From the human T2T-CHM13v2.0 reference genome, Homo sapiens, in the NCBI RefSeq assembly GCF_009914755.1, contig NC_060939.1: a stretch of 64,000 nucleotides of DNA; one strand, given 5' to 3'. This document shows positions 1 to 14,596 of this stretch, piece by piece (position 1 is the first letter of the stretch; each line of letters begins with the position of its first letter). The notes below the pieces were generated by a model that did not search any database, had not been told where the DNA came from, and saw only the letters and a list, made by a program, of their open reading frames with translations. The position numbers and the translations under genes are program-made.

Positions 1-542
1 CTGTAAAGGGGAGCCACATGGCCCAGACCCAAAGCCCAGCTCTGCCTCTGTGGGTCTGTAGCCATCATTTCGAGCTGTTGGAAATCTAATGGCAATGGCT
101 GAAAAGCTCTGATGTGCCAATAAATAGTAACCGGCACTGTTAACACTAACAACAAATAATCATATGACTATCATCATTACAGAAAAATCATTCTTCGGTA
201 GCCTCTAGGCTTCCTGGCCTTGCCTTGACCTTCTGCTCTCTAAAGGGAAATCATCCAGCTGCAGTACAGGAAATGGCTGGGTGGTGGCTTTCGTGTTTTT
301 TTGTACGTTCACCAGGCTTGTAAGTCTTTCTGTAAATTGCTAGCCTCAACTTATTTGTCATTTAGATTATGTATGAAATATTGTATTTGAAAGCTGTATT
401 TATAAAAATGAATATGAAATAAAAATATAATTTCTTTGCATTATTTAGTCAAAATATTTTGTTTCTCCTCCTCATGATAAAAATAATCTGGCCTAAATTT
501 TATCAGTATACGTTTTTACCTTTAGAAGTATCAGTACTTTTG

Positions 543-777
543 CAGATTGAGCATCTCTAACCTAAAAATCCAAAATCTGAAATGTTCCAAAATCTGGAAC
601 GTTTTGAGCACCTCCATGGTGCTCAAAGGAAATGCTAATTGGAGCATTTCAGATTTTGGATTTTTGGATTAGGGATGCTCAAACTAAGTATAATGCAGAT
701 ACTCCAAAAGTAGAAAAAAATCTGATTTTCAAAACACTTCTGGTCCCAGGCATTTTGAATAAGGGACACCCAACCTG
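543..777 (+). mobile_element. Tigger4a/MER46A-like MITE (TcMar-Tigger)
   Basis: Ends CAGATTGAGCATC... and ...CCCAACCTG followed by TA. Internal inverted AAATCCAAAATCTGAAATG / CATTTCAGATTTTGGATTT as in the recalled consensus. Confidence 0.8.
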
Positions 778-1399
778 TATTCACTGAGGGTTTTGAGGGA
801 GGCCATCTAATTACAACTTCCCACTTTAAAGTTTGGTGGTCGTTAACGCTAACAGTTCAATGTATCTGATGGTCAGACCCTGGGCAGCAGAAGCATATCA
901 TGCTGAAGCCCACAGAGCAGCCGAGGAGCACGGCTGTCTGAAGAGCCAGCAGAACAGGCCCTGAGTCCCTCCCGCGTTGAGTCCAGGTCCAACAGTGCCC
1001 AGAGCCCAAGGGTGAGCCCTCAATAGAGGCCTCTGCCGAGCCCCACCCATCCTAGCTATGCAGAGGCAGCACCTTTATCATGCATTTAGAAGCAATGTGT
1101 ATTGATCACAGTGCAGTCCCTTAGGATGAATGCAAAAAGCACTGTAAGCATTTCAAAGCTGTGCTATAAGACTAGGTGCTTGGGAAGGGGTGGCAGGAAG
1201 GGGGATTTCTCCAATGAAAGCCCTCCAAACTATAGCTGTATCCTATGGAGCTCAGTAGCATCTTAACAGTTATGAGGGATTCCTCAATAATAAGAGTTCA
1301 TAATGTTTGGTTAGCTTTTTTCTTTTCTTAAACAAATCCATGACTTTTACAACATAGTAGACCAAATAACTCTTTACTGTAGTTTTACTGACACTTTAG

Positions 1400-1630
1400 G
1401 AATTATATGCAGTAGTTAAGGGAGAAGGTCTGGAAGTCATACTAACTGGATTGAAATCTTTCTTCTGAAACTTGGTAATTATATGACTTCGTACCAGTTA
1501 CTTAGCTTCTCTGTATTCTATTTTTGTGCTCTGTAAAACTGGAGCAATAATACTTCGTACTGTGCTGTGAGTCTTCTCCAGAACAGATAAACTACATGAA
1601 TGGCCTTAGCAGAGAATGTGGCACCTAACT
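1400..1630 (+). mobile_element. MIR SINE (degraded)
   Basis: MIR core-like AGTTACTTAGCTTCTCTG...CTGTAAAACTGGAGCAATAATAC and 3' end CTTAGCAGAGAATGTGGCAC. Confidence 0.65.
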
Positions 1631-1671
1631 ATGTGATAATTTTCAGCCTTTATTAATCTTGTCTGTTGTAT

Positions 1672-1700
1672 TGATGATGATGATGATGATGATGATGATG
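1672..1700. repeat. (TGA)n trinucleotide microsatellite
   Basis: About 9.7 perfect TGA units. Confidence 0.95.
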
Positions 1701-2949
1701 TTACTCAGTGCTCCTGACACTGCGTCATACTTTTTCTGAATTCACCAACTGACATTTCCCAGTGACTGTAGATCTAGACTCAGTCTTGTATTGGCAGGAG
1801 GGACAGAGGGAATGCATGTGCAGGTGTCAGTCATACTCTGAGAGCTGGATCTGTTGGGTTCTTGTCTGGCCAGACCCACAGCCCTAAGATCACAGCTGCC
1901 CTCTTGACCTCGGGGTCACCCTAACTCTAGTGAATATCCCCTTCACTCTGGCTCTCATGCTTGCCTCCCAGAGCACAAGCGTCAATCCTCCAATGTTGAA
2001 GCCTCAGCAACCCTAGCCAGCCCATGCCTTTATCCCAGCAAAGCCACGGAGGCACAGTTTGTTTATATTAATAATGCTGTCATGAAGAAAAAGTGGAATC
2101 TACTTTCATATAACTTAATGAAATTGGGTTGAATGTAACTCACTTCCGGGGTATTAACGATTTAATACTGTAGAAGGCAATACTTTACAATTAGGGAGGG
2201 ACAGAATCTGTAATGGCTGGGAAATTCAGATATGCACATTTTCAGTACACCCCACCCCTTGTGATGTCAGATAATCATGGTTCCTTGGTACTCATATTTC
2301 ACTAACTATCGCAGTGACGGCAAATTCTCTGTAGCAGATGCTTCAGATCGGTCTCCACTTTCATACGCCTCTTCTAGGCTTGGGGAGGGGTCCCAGCAAC
2401 TTTGTATTTGTATATTTCATATTATTTTTCTTAAAAGGGGGTGCTTGAAATTGTATAAGCTAACAGCTCTGCATAATTTAGATCTGCCCCTACAAATGTA
2501 TCTTTGAATTTTCCAAGTGAAAAAAGAGTTTAACAAAGAGTAATCTAGCAATATACATATTTTTAAAGTAAAAGCTACATAAAGACTGACATTACTGGGG
2601 AAGATCTGCAGGCTGTAGAAAAGTCCTGGAGATTTTTTTTCTTTTTTTAGAGAACTGTGCTTATGATACCTATTAGAAATACATAACAATTAAAACAGCA
2701 CTTTCAGTTTTTTGCAGCTTTACTCTTCATAGAGTGGTTTTCTTATCCACTTAACACCCTTAGGAATAGCTACCTGATTTTCTCAAGCCATAATTATGTG
2801 TTATTTCCTGGGAAATAAATCTGATCTTGATTACAACTATGCAAGTCACATGTTTGTCATCCATATACACACATGTACTTACATTTTATTAGAAAAGAAA
2901 ACACGTTATTCAATTTAAAGTCCTGGGAAAAGTTGGTAAACAGAAAAAG

Positions 2950-3245
2950 GGCTGGGTGTGGTGGCTCACGCATATACTCCTAGCACTCTGGGAGGCTGAG
3001 GTGGGCAGATCGCTTGAGGCCAAGAGTTCAAGACCAGTCTGGGACACATGGCGAAACCCCATCTCTACAAAAAATTAAAAAATTAGCCAAGTGTGGTGGT
3101 GTGTGCCTGTTGTCCCCACTGTCCAGGAGGTAGAGTTGAGAGGATCACTTGAGTTCAGGAGGTTGAGGCTGCAGTGAGCCGTAATCGCAATTATGCCACT
3201 GCACTCCAGCTTGGGTGACAGAGTGAGACTCTGTCTCAAAAAAAA
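2950..3245 (+). mobile_element. AluJ
   Basis: Full dimeric Alu with J-type GATCACTTGAG..CAGGAGGTTGAGGCTGCAGTGAG and an A tail. Confidence 0.9.
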
Positions 3246-4072
3246 AGAACAGGAAAGAAGGGATAACTGGAACCCTGAATTCTCATGTTTTTTTGTAAGG
3301 TACTTTGCCAGATAATGTGTTGATAATTCTTTTCCATCAATTTTTATAAGTACTACTGATACGTTCACTTTCAGGAAATAAATTCAACCCTATCCAAAGG
3401 GATGGATTGCAGATTGCATCAGCTCTGTACTTACATAAACGTATTTAAATAATTATTTTTTCTATGCAGTTTCATATTAATCAGCTGAATAGAGAATAAT
3501 GTTTCTGAAAATATAAGCCTTCCCTTAATAATCAAAATGCTAAAAATAATATTGGAACCTATAATACATATTGTACATCAGCTAATAATCCAGCTGTCAA
3601 ATAACCAATGGTCAGGAAAGATCACTAGAGCCTTTGGCAATCATTCAGAATTGAATTCCATATTTTAATGCTCATTAAATTGTGTAATTCCAATTCTATG
3701 CTGTAATATTTGACTATTTTTCTGACTTAAAAAAGAAGAATGCACAATTAATCAAGTCTTCTTTCTGGGCCATGGAATAATTTTGAACAGGAGATGTTAA
3801 ACCTTGCTTTAAAATTAGTGTCAAAAATAGTTTTATCATGCAAATATTCTGCAAGCATATTTTCCCTTTCATGGGCATGAAAATTCACATTTGAGCCTTG
3901 TAATTAAATTAACACATCAAGGGAATCGTGCGTGAAATTAGTGTTTCAAGATAAAAAGTGACTATACAGGCAATGCTTGTGTCACGCTGTCAAAAAATGG
4001 TAGTTGAACTACAGCCTTTGAACTCTCTTAATACTGTAATGATACGGTTACTTTACATTTAAATATCACTTA

Positions 4073-4261
<189 letters not shown>

Positions 4262-4927
4262 TTACACTGGAGAAACAACATGGCAGACTAAAGAGTTTGC
4301 TTTGACTTCCATAGGTCAACAACAGGCAATGGAAAAGTCTGCGAATAAAGGGGTGACCCACCACCAAGCAGTTTGCTTCTGTCTGCTAGCGGTATTTATA
4401 GAAGAATTAGGAGGGGGGTGCTTTTCGGTCTATTTATAAGATAGTGATGAGGATGCTCTTCTAAGGCTAAACGCTCGGTTGAGAACTTGGAAAAATGTAT
4501 TAGTTTTTAGCTTAGAATCCAGAATAATGCCAAATACCTTGTTTATTCTTTAATGAATGATTATCCCCTTCTTCCTTGTAGACAGCGGAGATGTGGCTCA
4601 AGGCTTTACTGGGCAAGAAAGGCTTTTACCAGTTGTCCTTTCAGCCCACCTGGAGTTCAGCCCTGAATACAGATGTTGGAGGCATTGCCCCTAGAGTGAC
4701 TGGGCTAGCTCAGGGGCACCCTAAGAATGAGAGAGGCAGAGAAGCAAGTCCAGTCCCGGAGAAAGCAGTGGTGCACACTGAGGGCTTCTGCTTCGGCCAC
4801 AGAAGAGGCATTAACGAGAGTCTCAAAGGAGCACCTGTCTGCCTTCTTGCCCATGAGTCCCAGTGTTAATTCTCGGATGTGAACATTCCACTCAACACAT
4901 TTTGGAATCCTACCACCACCACCATGA

Positions 4928-5321
<394 letters not shown>

Positions 5322-5879
5322 TATTTTGCTTTTCTTAGAGCAAGGCAAGTGTGGCCTTGTTTCCCCGTTTATTTCAATAGGCCACTTTCTCAGTTCCAAT
5401 CCTACCACTCCTTGTTTTCTGGATTCTGATGGAGCTGCCTGAGGGCCAGCCAGTGAGAACCCAATGACCCTCTCTAATCAGCTCCTCTGATTGCTCCCCC
5501 ACACTAGCAGGTGCCTTCTTTCTGAAGCTGCCCACACCCTAAACTCCAAGAGGCCTCACCTTTCCTGATCTCCTCCTACTCCAAGCCTGGCAGGCTCCTA
5601 TTCTCCTCCTGCCCCTAAATATATGCATTCTACAGGCTTTATTCCATGTCCCTTTCTGTGTCTGTCCCTAGATTCTTCTCTTTGGCAGTCTGATTCACTC
5701 GTATGACTACTACCATTATGCAGGAGATGAACGATTTTATGTCTAGGCCTCCTACCTTAGCATCAACCACATTTGCAGCCAGGATTATATAAAAGAGAAA
5801 AGAAATCACCAAACATACCCAGCACTTCAAGGCTGACAGTCTCAGAAATTTCCTCCAGTCTTTGTGTGTGTCTGTGTAG

Positions 5880-6660
5880 AATTTCTCTTACACAGCTCTG
5901 ATCAAATGCATATATCACATGTCATCATAGCATAATAATTTTTAGAGTTGCTACAAATTATTTGTAAACACAATTTTCGATTCTTCCTAATGATCCATCA
6001 AATATCACCACAAGGACTCTATAAATACAGATTCCTGAATGCTGTAGATTTAGGTGTTTTCAATTTTTATAAAACTATAAATAGTACTCTTAAGGATATA
6101 TTTGTGCAGAGCCGGTTTTCCATATTTAGACTCACTTCTTGAGGATGAATATGCCAAAGGAGGGATTGCTAGGCCAAAGGTTAAAGCTTTTGATAAATAT
6201 TGTCAAATTACTTTGCAAATGTATGAAACCAATGTATGCCGCTGCCACTATCAGCAGATTAATAAAAGTGCCTAGCACACCTTGCAAATATGACATTATA
6301 CATTATCTCTTATAAATAGTTTTTGCTAAATCCCTTGGGAAAACCTTGTCCTTTCAATTACTTTTTTAAAAATTGAATACTTCCTAAATGTTTGTTTGTT
6401 CTCTATATTTAATCTTGTAAGTTATCTGATTACTCATTTATTTTTCTCATTTCTGTTTCCTCTGATGGTTTTTACCTTTTCATTGAAACACTTTATATGC
6501 TAATCCTCGCTTGTATTCTCTGCAAGCATTCTCCCAGTTGCTGTTGTAAACCTTGTAATGGCTTTGAGTGGAGGACACACAGATCCCTAACTTTTTGTAT
6601 GCAATTACTTCTATCCATTTCACTTTTTCCCTTGTGATTGTTAAAACTTGTGTTTAGCCT
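5880..6660 (-). mobile_element. Ancient L1ME-like 3' fragment
   Basis: Degraded reverse L1 motifs (GGGATTGCTAGGCCAAAGG, TGATAAATATTGTCAAATTACT). Boundaries approximate. Confidence 0.5.
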
Positions 6661-7737
6661 TAGGTAAGTTCACAATACAGATCTACCTGCAAACCTATTT
6701 TGAGGGTTGGCAATTATTTCAGAGTTTGACATGAGGTGAAAACATATGTGGATTTTGGTTCCACAAACAGCAAACCGGTTTCTCCAACACCATCAGTAGA
6801 ATGAGGCTTCCCTTCATATACATTTCACACAGTTCTGTTGTTTTTAGACTCCGTTTCTTGTAAATGTGGATCATGGGCCTGCGCACCATGCACGGGGGCC
6901 AGACCCTCCTCGCGGGCCTCGCCCTCCTGGCTCTGGGCCTTGCGCGACTTGGGCACATTTGGGAAACATGGAAATGATGCTCACTGTCATGCCACAGTCA
7001 AAATCTTCTATGGCTCATTGCTTCCCACAAACATCAAAACACGCATCCAGGAATTTCAGTTTCTCCATCTTTTCCCAAATTAACTTCAGTTTTATTTTCC
7101 ACCATGTTTCTGCATTAAGTATAACATTTTTTAGTCAAAGAGGTTCTCACTGCCTCAAAATATTCATCTCTATTTCCTGCCTCTGCTGACTCACATCCCA
7201 GTTTTGAAGATGCGTCTTTCCTTATCTATACCTCAAGGTCTTGGTCAAAGCCCCATCTTCCATGAATCCTTTCTTTTTCCTCCTTCCAAATGTAAGTAAT
7301 CACCCTCTTGAATTTTTTTTCTCATTCATATTATTATAATTATAAATATTTACAAAGGTAAGATCTTCCTTAATAAGCTGTACAGTCCCCAGGGCAGAAT
7401 TTGTGAGGTAATTTTTTTTATATACTACAATGCCTAGGTAAATGTCAAAACCATCATAGGTTATGAATAAATACTTCTGAAGGCTGAATGAATGAAAATA
7501 GGAGTATTTAGTTTCTTTATATGACTCTTTAGTTGAGCTTAATACACAAAAGGCTCAACATCCTTATTGAATTGTAGCTTGAAATCCCATGGTAACTTCA
7601 ATATCTTTACTGAAGTAACTTCAATATTGGCTCTTAATCTGCAATTTCATGGCAACCTCAGACCTTTCTTATCACTTATTTGCTTCTCTTTGCTTCAGGT
7701 AAATCTTACTATAATCCACCATACATGGAACAGTCTC

Positions 7738-8017
7738 TGCATCAGTCAGGACATGTTGGCTTATGCTACAGTAACAAACAGCCCCCAAATCTCAGTAGTT
7801 TGTAACAAAAATTTTTCCTATAAAAAATATATCCACTTAGCTCCCTCTGTCTGCAACACTGTTGGCCTCTGGTAGAAGAGCTATACATACTTCCCATCAT
7901 GTTTCTGTGGCCAGAGCAAGTCTCATTGCCAACTTTTATGTCAGGAGAAAGGGAATGTTTAATCGTCTCCCAGAGAAGAGCAGCAAATATTTTTGAATGA
8001 TAATGTAATTTACTATA
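7738..8017 (-). mobile_element. MLT1-type MaLR LTR fragment
   Basis: TCAGTCAGGA..GGCTTATGCTACAGTAACAAACAGCCCCCAAATCTCAGT is a typical old MLT1 end. Confidence 0.6.
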
Positions 8018-8312
8018 TCCTCCAACTTTCCATTTGCCAAGTCAACTTTCTTAAACATTTTCCAAAGTACATCTTCAGGGAAACTGTGGGCAGTAGAAAC
8101 CACTATTGACTGCCATGACTGTACAGTCAAACAAACACTTGGACGATCATTAGGGACCTTGAAGAAGAGAATACGAAACTGATTTCAAAAACACATTACT
8201 CTCTGGAAATTCGCCAAGATACTCATTGACACAGAATTTGGAAGTAAGAAAATATACCATTTTCTTTTGCATTTGTTTAGCAAATACATTCTATTTGTTA
8301 AAAGTAGAATGC

Positions 8313-8577
8313 CTTTGGGAAGTCAAGGCAGGTGAATCGCGAGGTCAAGAGATCGAGACCATCCTGGCCAACATGGTGAAACCCCATCTCTACTAAAAAT
8401 ACAAAAATTAGCCAGGCGTGGTGGCGGGTGCCTATAATCCCAGCACTCAAGAGGCTGAGGCAGGAGATCGTTTGAACCTGGGAGGCGGAGGTTGCAGTGA
8501 GCCGAAATTGAGCTACTGCACTCCAGCCTGGCGACAGAGCGAGACTCCGTCTCAAGAAAAAAAAAAAAAAAAAAAAA
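8313..8577 (+). mobile_element. AluSc, 5'-truncated
   Basis: Diagnostic GGTCAAGAGATCGAGACCATCCTGGCCAAC and CCTGGCGACAGAGC. Long A tail. Degenerate TSD ending AATGCC. Confidence 0.9.
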
Positions 8578-10124
8578 GGAAAATGCCATTTCCAATCAGC
8601 AAAATGTTCCGGTATCCGGCGCATGCCCCACACATCCTAGTCTCTGAGGTGGAAACAGTAAGTGGGGCAAACAACGAAGGTGAATAAAAGCACAGTTTAC
8701 CTTCCCAACTATTTATAGCTCCTGACCCATGTCAGACAGATTCATTCAGAACTGGCCTCCATAAAGCTGTGGCGTGCACTATCCTGGAGGTATAAAAATA
8801 TGCTAGGGCACACGCCTAAGTGATTTAGGAGAGGTTTCACATTGTATGCACCTCTGGTGTATGAGACATTCATGGTTGAATAGGATTCCTTCAGGCAGGG
8901 ATGAAGGAGAGCTTTCAAGGTAACGGACCCAGCAGAGCCATTCAAGATGCCACGAGACAGAGACCTCGGAATGTTAGTCAACCCAAGAATTATCTGACGT
9001 AGTAGATCTATTCTGCTAGGCAAAGGCTTTTCCCATTTGATGTGCATCTTAAAGAGTACATAAAAGTATTTTTGTAGCTCCGGTAGACAAGGTCCTTACA
9101 CTGGCAGGATGGAATGCCATGAAATATGCGGTATCTATGTGGAAAACTCCCAAGTGATCACAGCTAGTGGCAAATAACTTGAAGTTGAGAAGTAATGAGT
9201 CAGCTGCACTAAGACATCCCTTTTAAAATGAAACAGAAGCTTGAATTTACAACTGAAATGCGCTGAAGCCCTAATGTCTGTGTGCCAGTGCAGACGTGGT
9301 CAGGTCCCCAGGCAGATGCTGAGCCAACAGACAGAGGCACAGTCCCTGGGCACAAGTGCATTGTTCCAAGGCAGGGATTCCTTGGCAAAACTACCTAGTG
9401 AAGATGCTGATCCCGGCCCTTTCTCCCCAGATGCAGTCACCATTATGCCAAAAACACAGCTCTGGGTCTCTAATCCAGCCTGAATTTATATCATTCTCTA
9501 GGCATTAATATTTTTGAAGAACTCATTAAAAATGTGAACACAGAAGGTCATGCCAGCTTTGTAGAGTGCTAAGAGCCACTCAAATGCATCTGTGAACTAA
9601 TAAGCTGGTATTTCAGCAAATGCAGCAGAGCTCACTTATCACATGCTCCTCTTCCCATTAAGCTGCCATGGTGAGGCACTCCCACTGCAGCCTGGGAAGC
9701 TTTGTGAGCTCTCACTTAGAGCCGTTCTGGGCCCATTATCATGCTATATGATTCATTTATTATCTATCTTTTACTTTATAATGCAGCCTAAAATTAAAAA
9801 TAGTGTTTCTAATTTTTACTCCCATTACTAGTCATCTTATTATGTGTTGAAAAAACCCATTAAGAAAAGGAAATATAAGAAATAGAAAAGAGAGAGAAGA
9901 AAAATGGGATTGGGGTTTTAAAAAAAATTGTTTGAAATATTGTCTCAACCAGACAATGAGTCCTTTCTAATCCTCCACAGAAAAACCAGCATTGAACCAT
10001 ATAACAGTGCAGCAAAGAACAGGGATGTTTGTTTCAACAATCCAGCCTCTCCATTATTTGGGATACTCCTTTTTGAGAAGGTTACTATCCTCTCTTTCCT
10101 TGTGTGTAAAATCAAGGCAAGAAC

Positions 10125-11435
10125 ACCATAAGTGGCAAAACATTAAATTATACTTCATAAAAATTAAAAACAGTTATGCTCCAAAGTGTACCGTCAAGAC
10201 AACCTACAGAATGGGAGAAAATATTTGCAAATCATGTATCTGATAAGGAACTTATATCCAAAATACATAAAGAATGCGGCTGGTTGGGTGGCTCATGCCT
10301 GCAATCTCAGCACTTTGGGAGGCCAGGGCGGGAGGATTGCTTGAACCCAGGAGTTCAAGACCAGCCTGGGCAAAACAGTGAGACTCCATCTTTACAAAAA
10401 AATACAAAAATTAGCTGGGCATGGTGGCACACGCCTATAGTCCTAGGTACTTAGGAGTCTGAGATGAGAGGATCTCTTGAGCCCAGGAGATTGAGGCTGC
10501 AGTGAGCCAAGATTGTGCCACTGCACTCCAGCCCGGGCGACAGACTAAGACCCTGTCTCAAAGAAAAGAATGCTTATAAAAAAGACAAATAACTGAAATT
10601 GTTTAACTGGGAAGAGGCTTTGAATAGATATTTTTCCAAAGATAGAGAAACAGCCAAAATAGCATATGAAAAGATAGTCAACATCATTTAGTCATTAGGG
10701 AAATGCATGTCAAGACCACAATGAGATACCACACCATACCCTATGGCCACAATAAAAAAGACAGAAAATAACTAGTGTTGGTGAGAATATGGAGAAATTG
10801 GAACCCTCCTATACTTCCCGTAGGAATATTATCAGGCCACCACTTTAGAAAATAGTCTGATAGTTCCTCAAAAGGATGTTACCCTATATGACCCAGGAAT
10901 TCCACTCCTAAGTATATGAGTTAATTTCCTAAAAGAAATTAAAACATATATCTACACTAAAACTTATACCTGAATGTTCATAGCAGCCTTATAGCTAGTA
11001 GCCCAAAGGGAAGACAAGCCAAATGTTCATCAGCTGATGAACAGATAAAGAAAATGCAGTATATTTCTTCGGCAATAAAAAGGAATGAAGTACTGATTCA
11101 TGGCACAACATGGATGAACCTTGAAAACCATGCAAGTGAAAGACCAGACACGAAAGACCACACAAATGATTCCACTGATATGAAATGTACTGAAGAGACA
11201 AATCCATAGAAGGAGAAACTAGATTAGTGGTTGTCTAGGGTTGGGAGAAATGGGAAGAGACTGCTAATGGGATACAGGGCTTCTTTTTGGGGTGATAAAA
11301 ATATTCTAAAATTGATTTTGGTCATGGTTGGACAACTCTGCAAATATACTAAACACCACTGAATGTGCCCTTTAAATGGGTAAATTGTATGGTATGCGAA
11401 TTGTATCTCAATAGATCCATTATAAGGAAAAAAAA
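10125..11435 (+). mobile_element. L1MB-like ORF2 end and 3'UTR, interrupted by an AluJ
   Basis: RQPTEWEKIFANH remnant, ACCACAATGAGATACCAC, and 3' end GTATGGTATGCGAATTGTATCTCAATA. Confidence 0.8.
10278..10567 (+). mobile_element. AluJ nested in L1
   Basis: Dimeric Alu flanked by the TSD AAGAATGC. Confidence 0.9.
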
Positions 11436-12730
11436 TGTTTACTACATGTATTTTTACTGGCAATCAAATTCACATCAACTATAAGACATGCTATCTGACC
11501 CAAAGTACACTCTCAATAAATACAAGTTCCTTCTTTCTTTTCTTTTCCTCCTACTTTGGTGCTTTCTCTGTTCATGATTCTGTAATCAGAGATTTCACCA
11601 TTGAGCACAGTTTTAAACTTTTGCTGGAGGTCTTAAAGGCAATTCAAAAGGATGAAGGTAGTTAAAAACTCTTTTTGCAAAAAAGATTTAAGGCAATGAA
11701 TTTCTGAAGAAGTCTGTCTTCTGTAATGAGACATGTTTCATATGTCAGAAGCCCTTATAAAAAGTGATGTCACAGCAAAAAGAGAACCAGTTAAGCGCTG
11801 CCTTGGCCCTGGGAGTGAGCACGCTCTGGTCCAGCATTTTGGACTGAGAGATTAGGGATTGTAACCGGCTAGGAAGCACAGGTGAATTGTCTCTAGGGAT
11901 CCCAGTAACAAAAGTCAATGGGGAGAAAAGAAATAGAAATTTTTCTCTGGAATTTAAGGTCAAATTAAATTACAAATAAAAGACAGATGGTAATTCTTCC
12001 TTTTAATGTTTCATCTATCTTTTCTATACCTCTAGTAGATAGTATTTATAGACTGAATGGGCAATAATTGGATCCTAGGCTTTAGTTAAGCAGACTAAAG
12101 CCTGGAGTTCACAAATGGACTCTTAAAGAGAAAGCTGAGTGCATGTATTTACAAACAGTGTGACAGGTGGACTTTTAAAAAAATTTATAATTTGTCATGA
12201 TCATTAATAAGAAAATAAAGCAGTATTTTGAAAACTGATTTTTGAAAAAAAGAAAATTCACATATCTTAACTGAAATGTCTCATCATTATTCATTTTGCA
12301 CCCTTCTCTTTTTCTTCCAATCTTAGCCAAAGTATTTTGAAATAAAGTCAGAATATATCACTGTCCAAATGTACCAAAGAAAAAAGGAAGAGAAAGACAA
12401 ACAGCACAAAATTAAAGAAGCATATTAAATCATCTGTTCTCCACATATCTTGCGAAAATCTCAATCTTTCCGTTCAAAGACAACTCTAAAGTGACAAGTA
12501 AATTTCAGATTTGGCAAAAACTGTATATCCCACATTTTGCTGGTGAGCGGGACACATTTTCAAGACCAGTACAAAGCTGAAGTTTCAATCTGTTGATCAG
12601 TGTGTTCACAGTGATATTTGAGGAGCTCTTTGATTTTTAGCTGAATATGTTTGTTGAAATAAATTTAATTCAGTATTTCTTTTAACCTGATCCCGTAATC
12701 TGTCTGTTATGCAAGCGCTTTGCTCACGTT

Positions 12731-12772
12731 TTCACAGCTTGTAACTGTTACAGCCAACGGCTCAAATATCCT
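12731..12772 (-). mobile_element. Possible fossil hAT transposase C-terminal (dimerisation) motif
   Basis: The minus strand translates RIFEPLAVTVTSCE, resembling the hAT motif RIFLTLPVTVASCERSFS. The full extent is not determined. Confidence 0.35.
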
Positions 12773-13740
12773 GACTGAGCTTTATAGTGCTTTCTTCAAC
12801 AACAGAGTATTCTGGATAAATGTTTCCTCTTTATAATGTTTTCAGAAAAATACAGAATTTCCTGAAATGAAATTTTAAAAAAGGTTTCCTAAATTTTCTT
12901 CTTTTTTACGCTCATGTATTAGTAGTGCAAATTAAATAAGAATTACATATCAAAACAACTGGAAACTTTTCTGAGAAATATAAAGAGGAGTGAAAAATAA
13001 AACATGGGTTTGGGTATTATAGAATCTACTGAAACCGACTGGAAAAAATGGACAGAATTTAAATAAATCTGCTTGAGGATTTATTTAAATCTGGAGAGAT
13101 TTTAATGGAGAGATAAAAAGCCAGTAAGAAATCTGTATCAAGATGTGAGAGAGAAAGAAAAAAGAGAGAAGAGCTCCATGTTTCAGATACCTGCAGTTTT
13201 CATAAGGGAAAGATGAGAAGCTAATTAGAACATCCAAGACTCAGGGGACTAAGGGGGCAGGCACTGGACATAGAGGCCATCAAGAAGGGGGCCACAATAA
13301 ACCTCCTACAGCTTGGGTTGGTTATACTTACACGGAAAGTTTTGCTCAAGATGTACAGATAAACCAGACGGACTTATGCGTGTTCAAAGACTGAGCCTGA
13401 ACTCAGAATTACTCATACCCTAGAAAGTAGATGAAGCTTATCCTAGATTGCTAATGCCTCCAGCTGTCTAGTAGAAGCAAGCATAGATCCTCTCTAAAAG
13501 ATACACCAAAAGAGCATTTCCAGCATGAAGCTTGAGAAGAAAATGAAATGCAACATACAGAAAGAAATGAGCAAGATAGACAGGATATGATGACAAGATC
13601 GGGTACGTGTGTAATTGGGGTTCTAGAAGAAGAGAGAATGGGGCAGAGGCAGCCCTTAAGGAGATGATGGCCAGTGATGCTCCAAACCCTCAGACACACA
13701 TCCAACCAGAGATTCAAGAAGGTCCATAAACTCCAAGAAG

Positions 13741-14064
<324 letters not shown>

Positions 14065-14162
14065 TCACAGAGAAAGCTGCAACTTGGTACATCATAGTTT
14101 TGGAAAACCAAAAACAAACAGAAAAATCACAAAGTCATCTGCAGGGGGAGAAAAACAAGTTA

Positions 14163-14260
14163 CAGTCGTGCCCCTCATAACGACCTGTAGGTCAATGGAC
14201 AGGGTCCCATAAGATTATAGGGGAGCTGAAAAATTCCTACCGCCTGGTGACATCATAGTC
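14163..14260 (+). mobile_element. Tigger3/MER7 (GOLEM) left-end fragment
   Basis: TA|CAGTCGTGCCCCTCATAACGAC...GGTCCCATAAGATTATA..GGAGCTGAAAAATTCCTA. Confidence 0.75.
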
Positions 14261-14314
14261 TGGTCCTAATAAACTTCCAGAGTGTTTGTTCTTTTCTAGC
14301 TCCCCCCAACACCC

Positions 14315-14596
14315 TTTTTCTGGGGAGACAGCATCTTGCAGGCTGGACTGCAGTGGTACAATCATAGCTCACTGCAGCCTCAAACTCCTGGGTTCAAGCG
14401 ATCCTCCCACTTCAGCCTCCTGAATAGCTGGGACCACAGATGCTGCCACCGTGGCCTGACTAAATCTTTTATTTTTTATAGTGATGAGGTCTCACTGTGT
14501 TTCACAGGCTGGGCAGGAACCCCTGGCCTCAACTGACCCTCTTGCCTTGATCTCCCGAAGCGTTGGGATTACAGGTGTGAACCACTGTGCCCAGCC
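14315..14596 (-). mobile_element. AluJ
   Basis: Reverse Alu with CACTGCAGCCTCAAACTCCTGGGTTCAAGCGATCCTCC. Confidence 0.85.
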
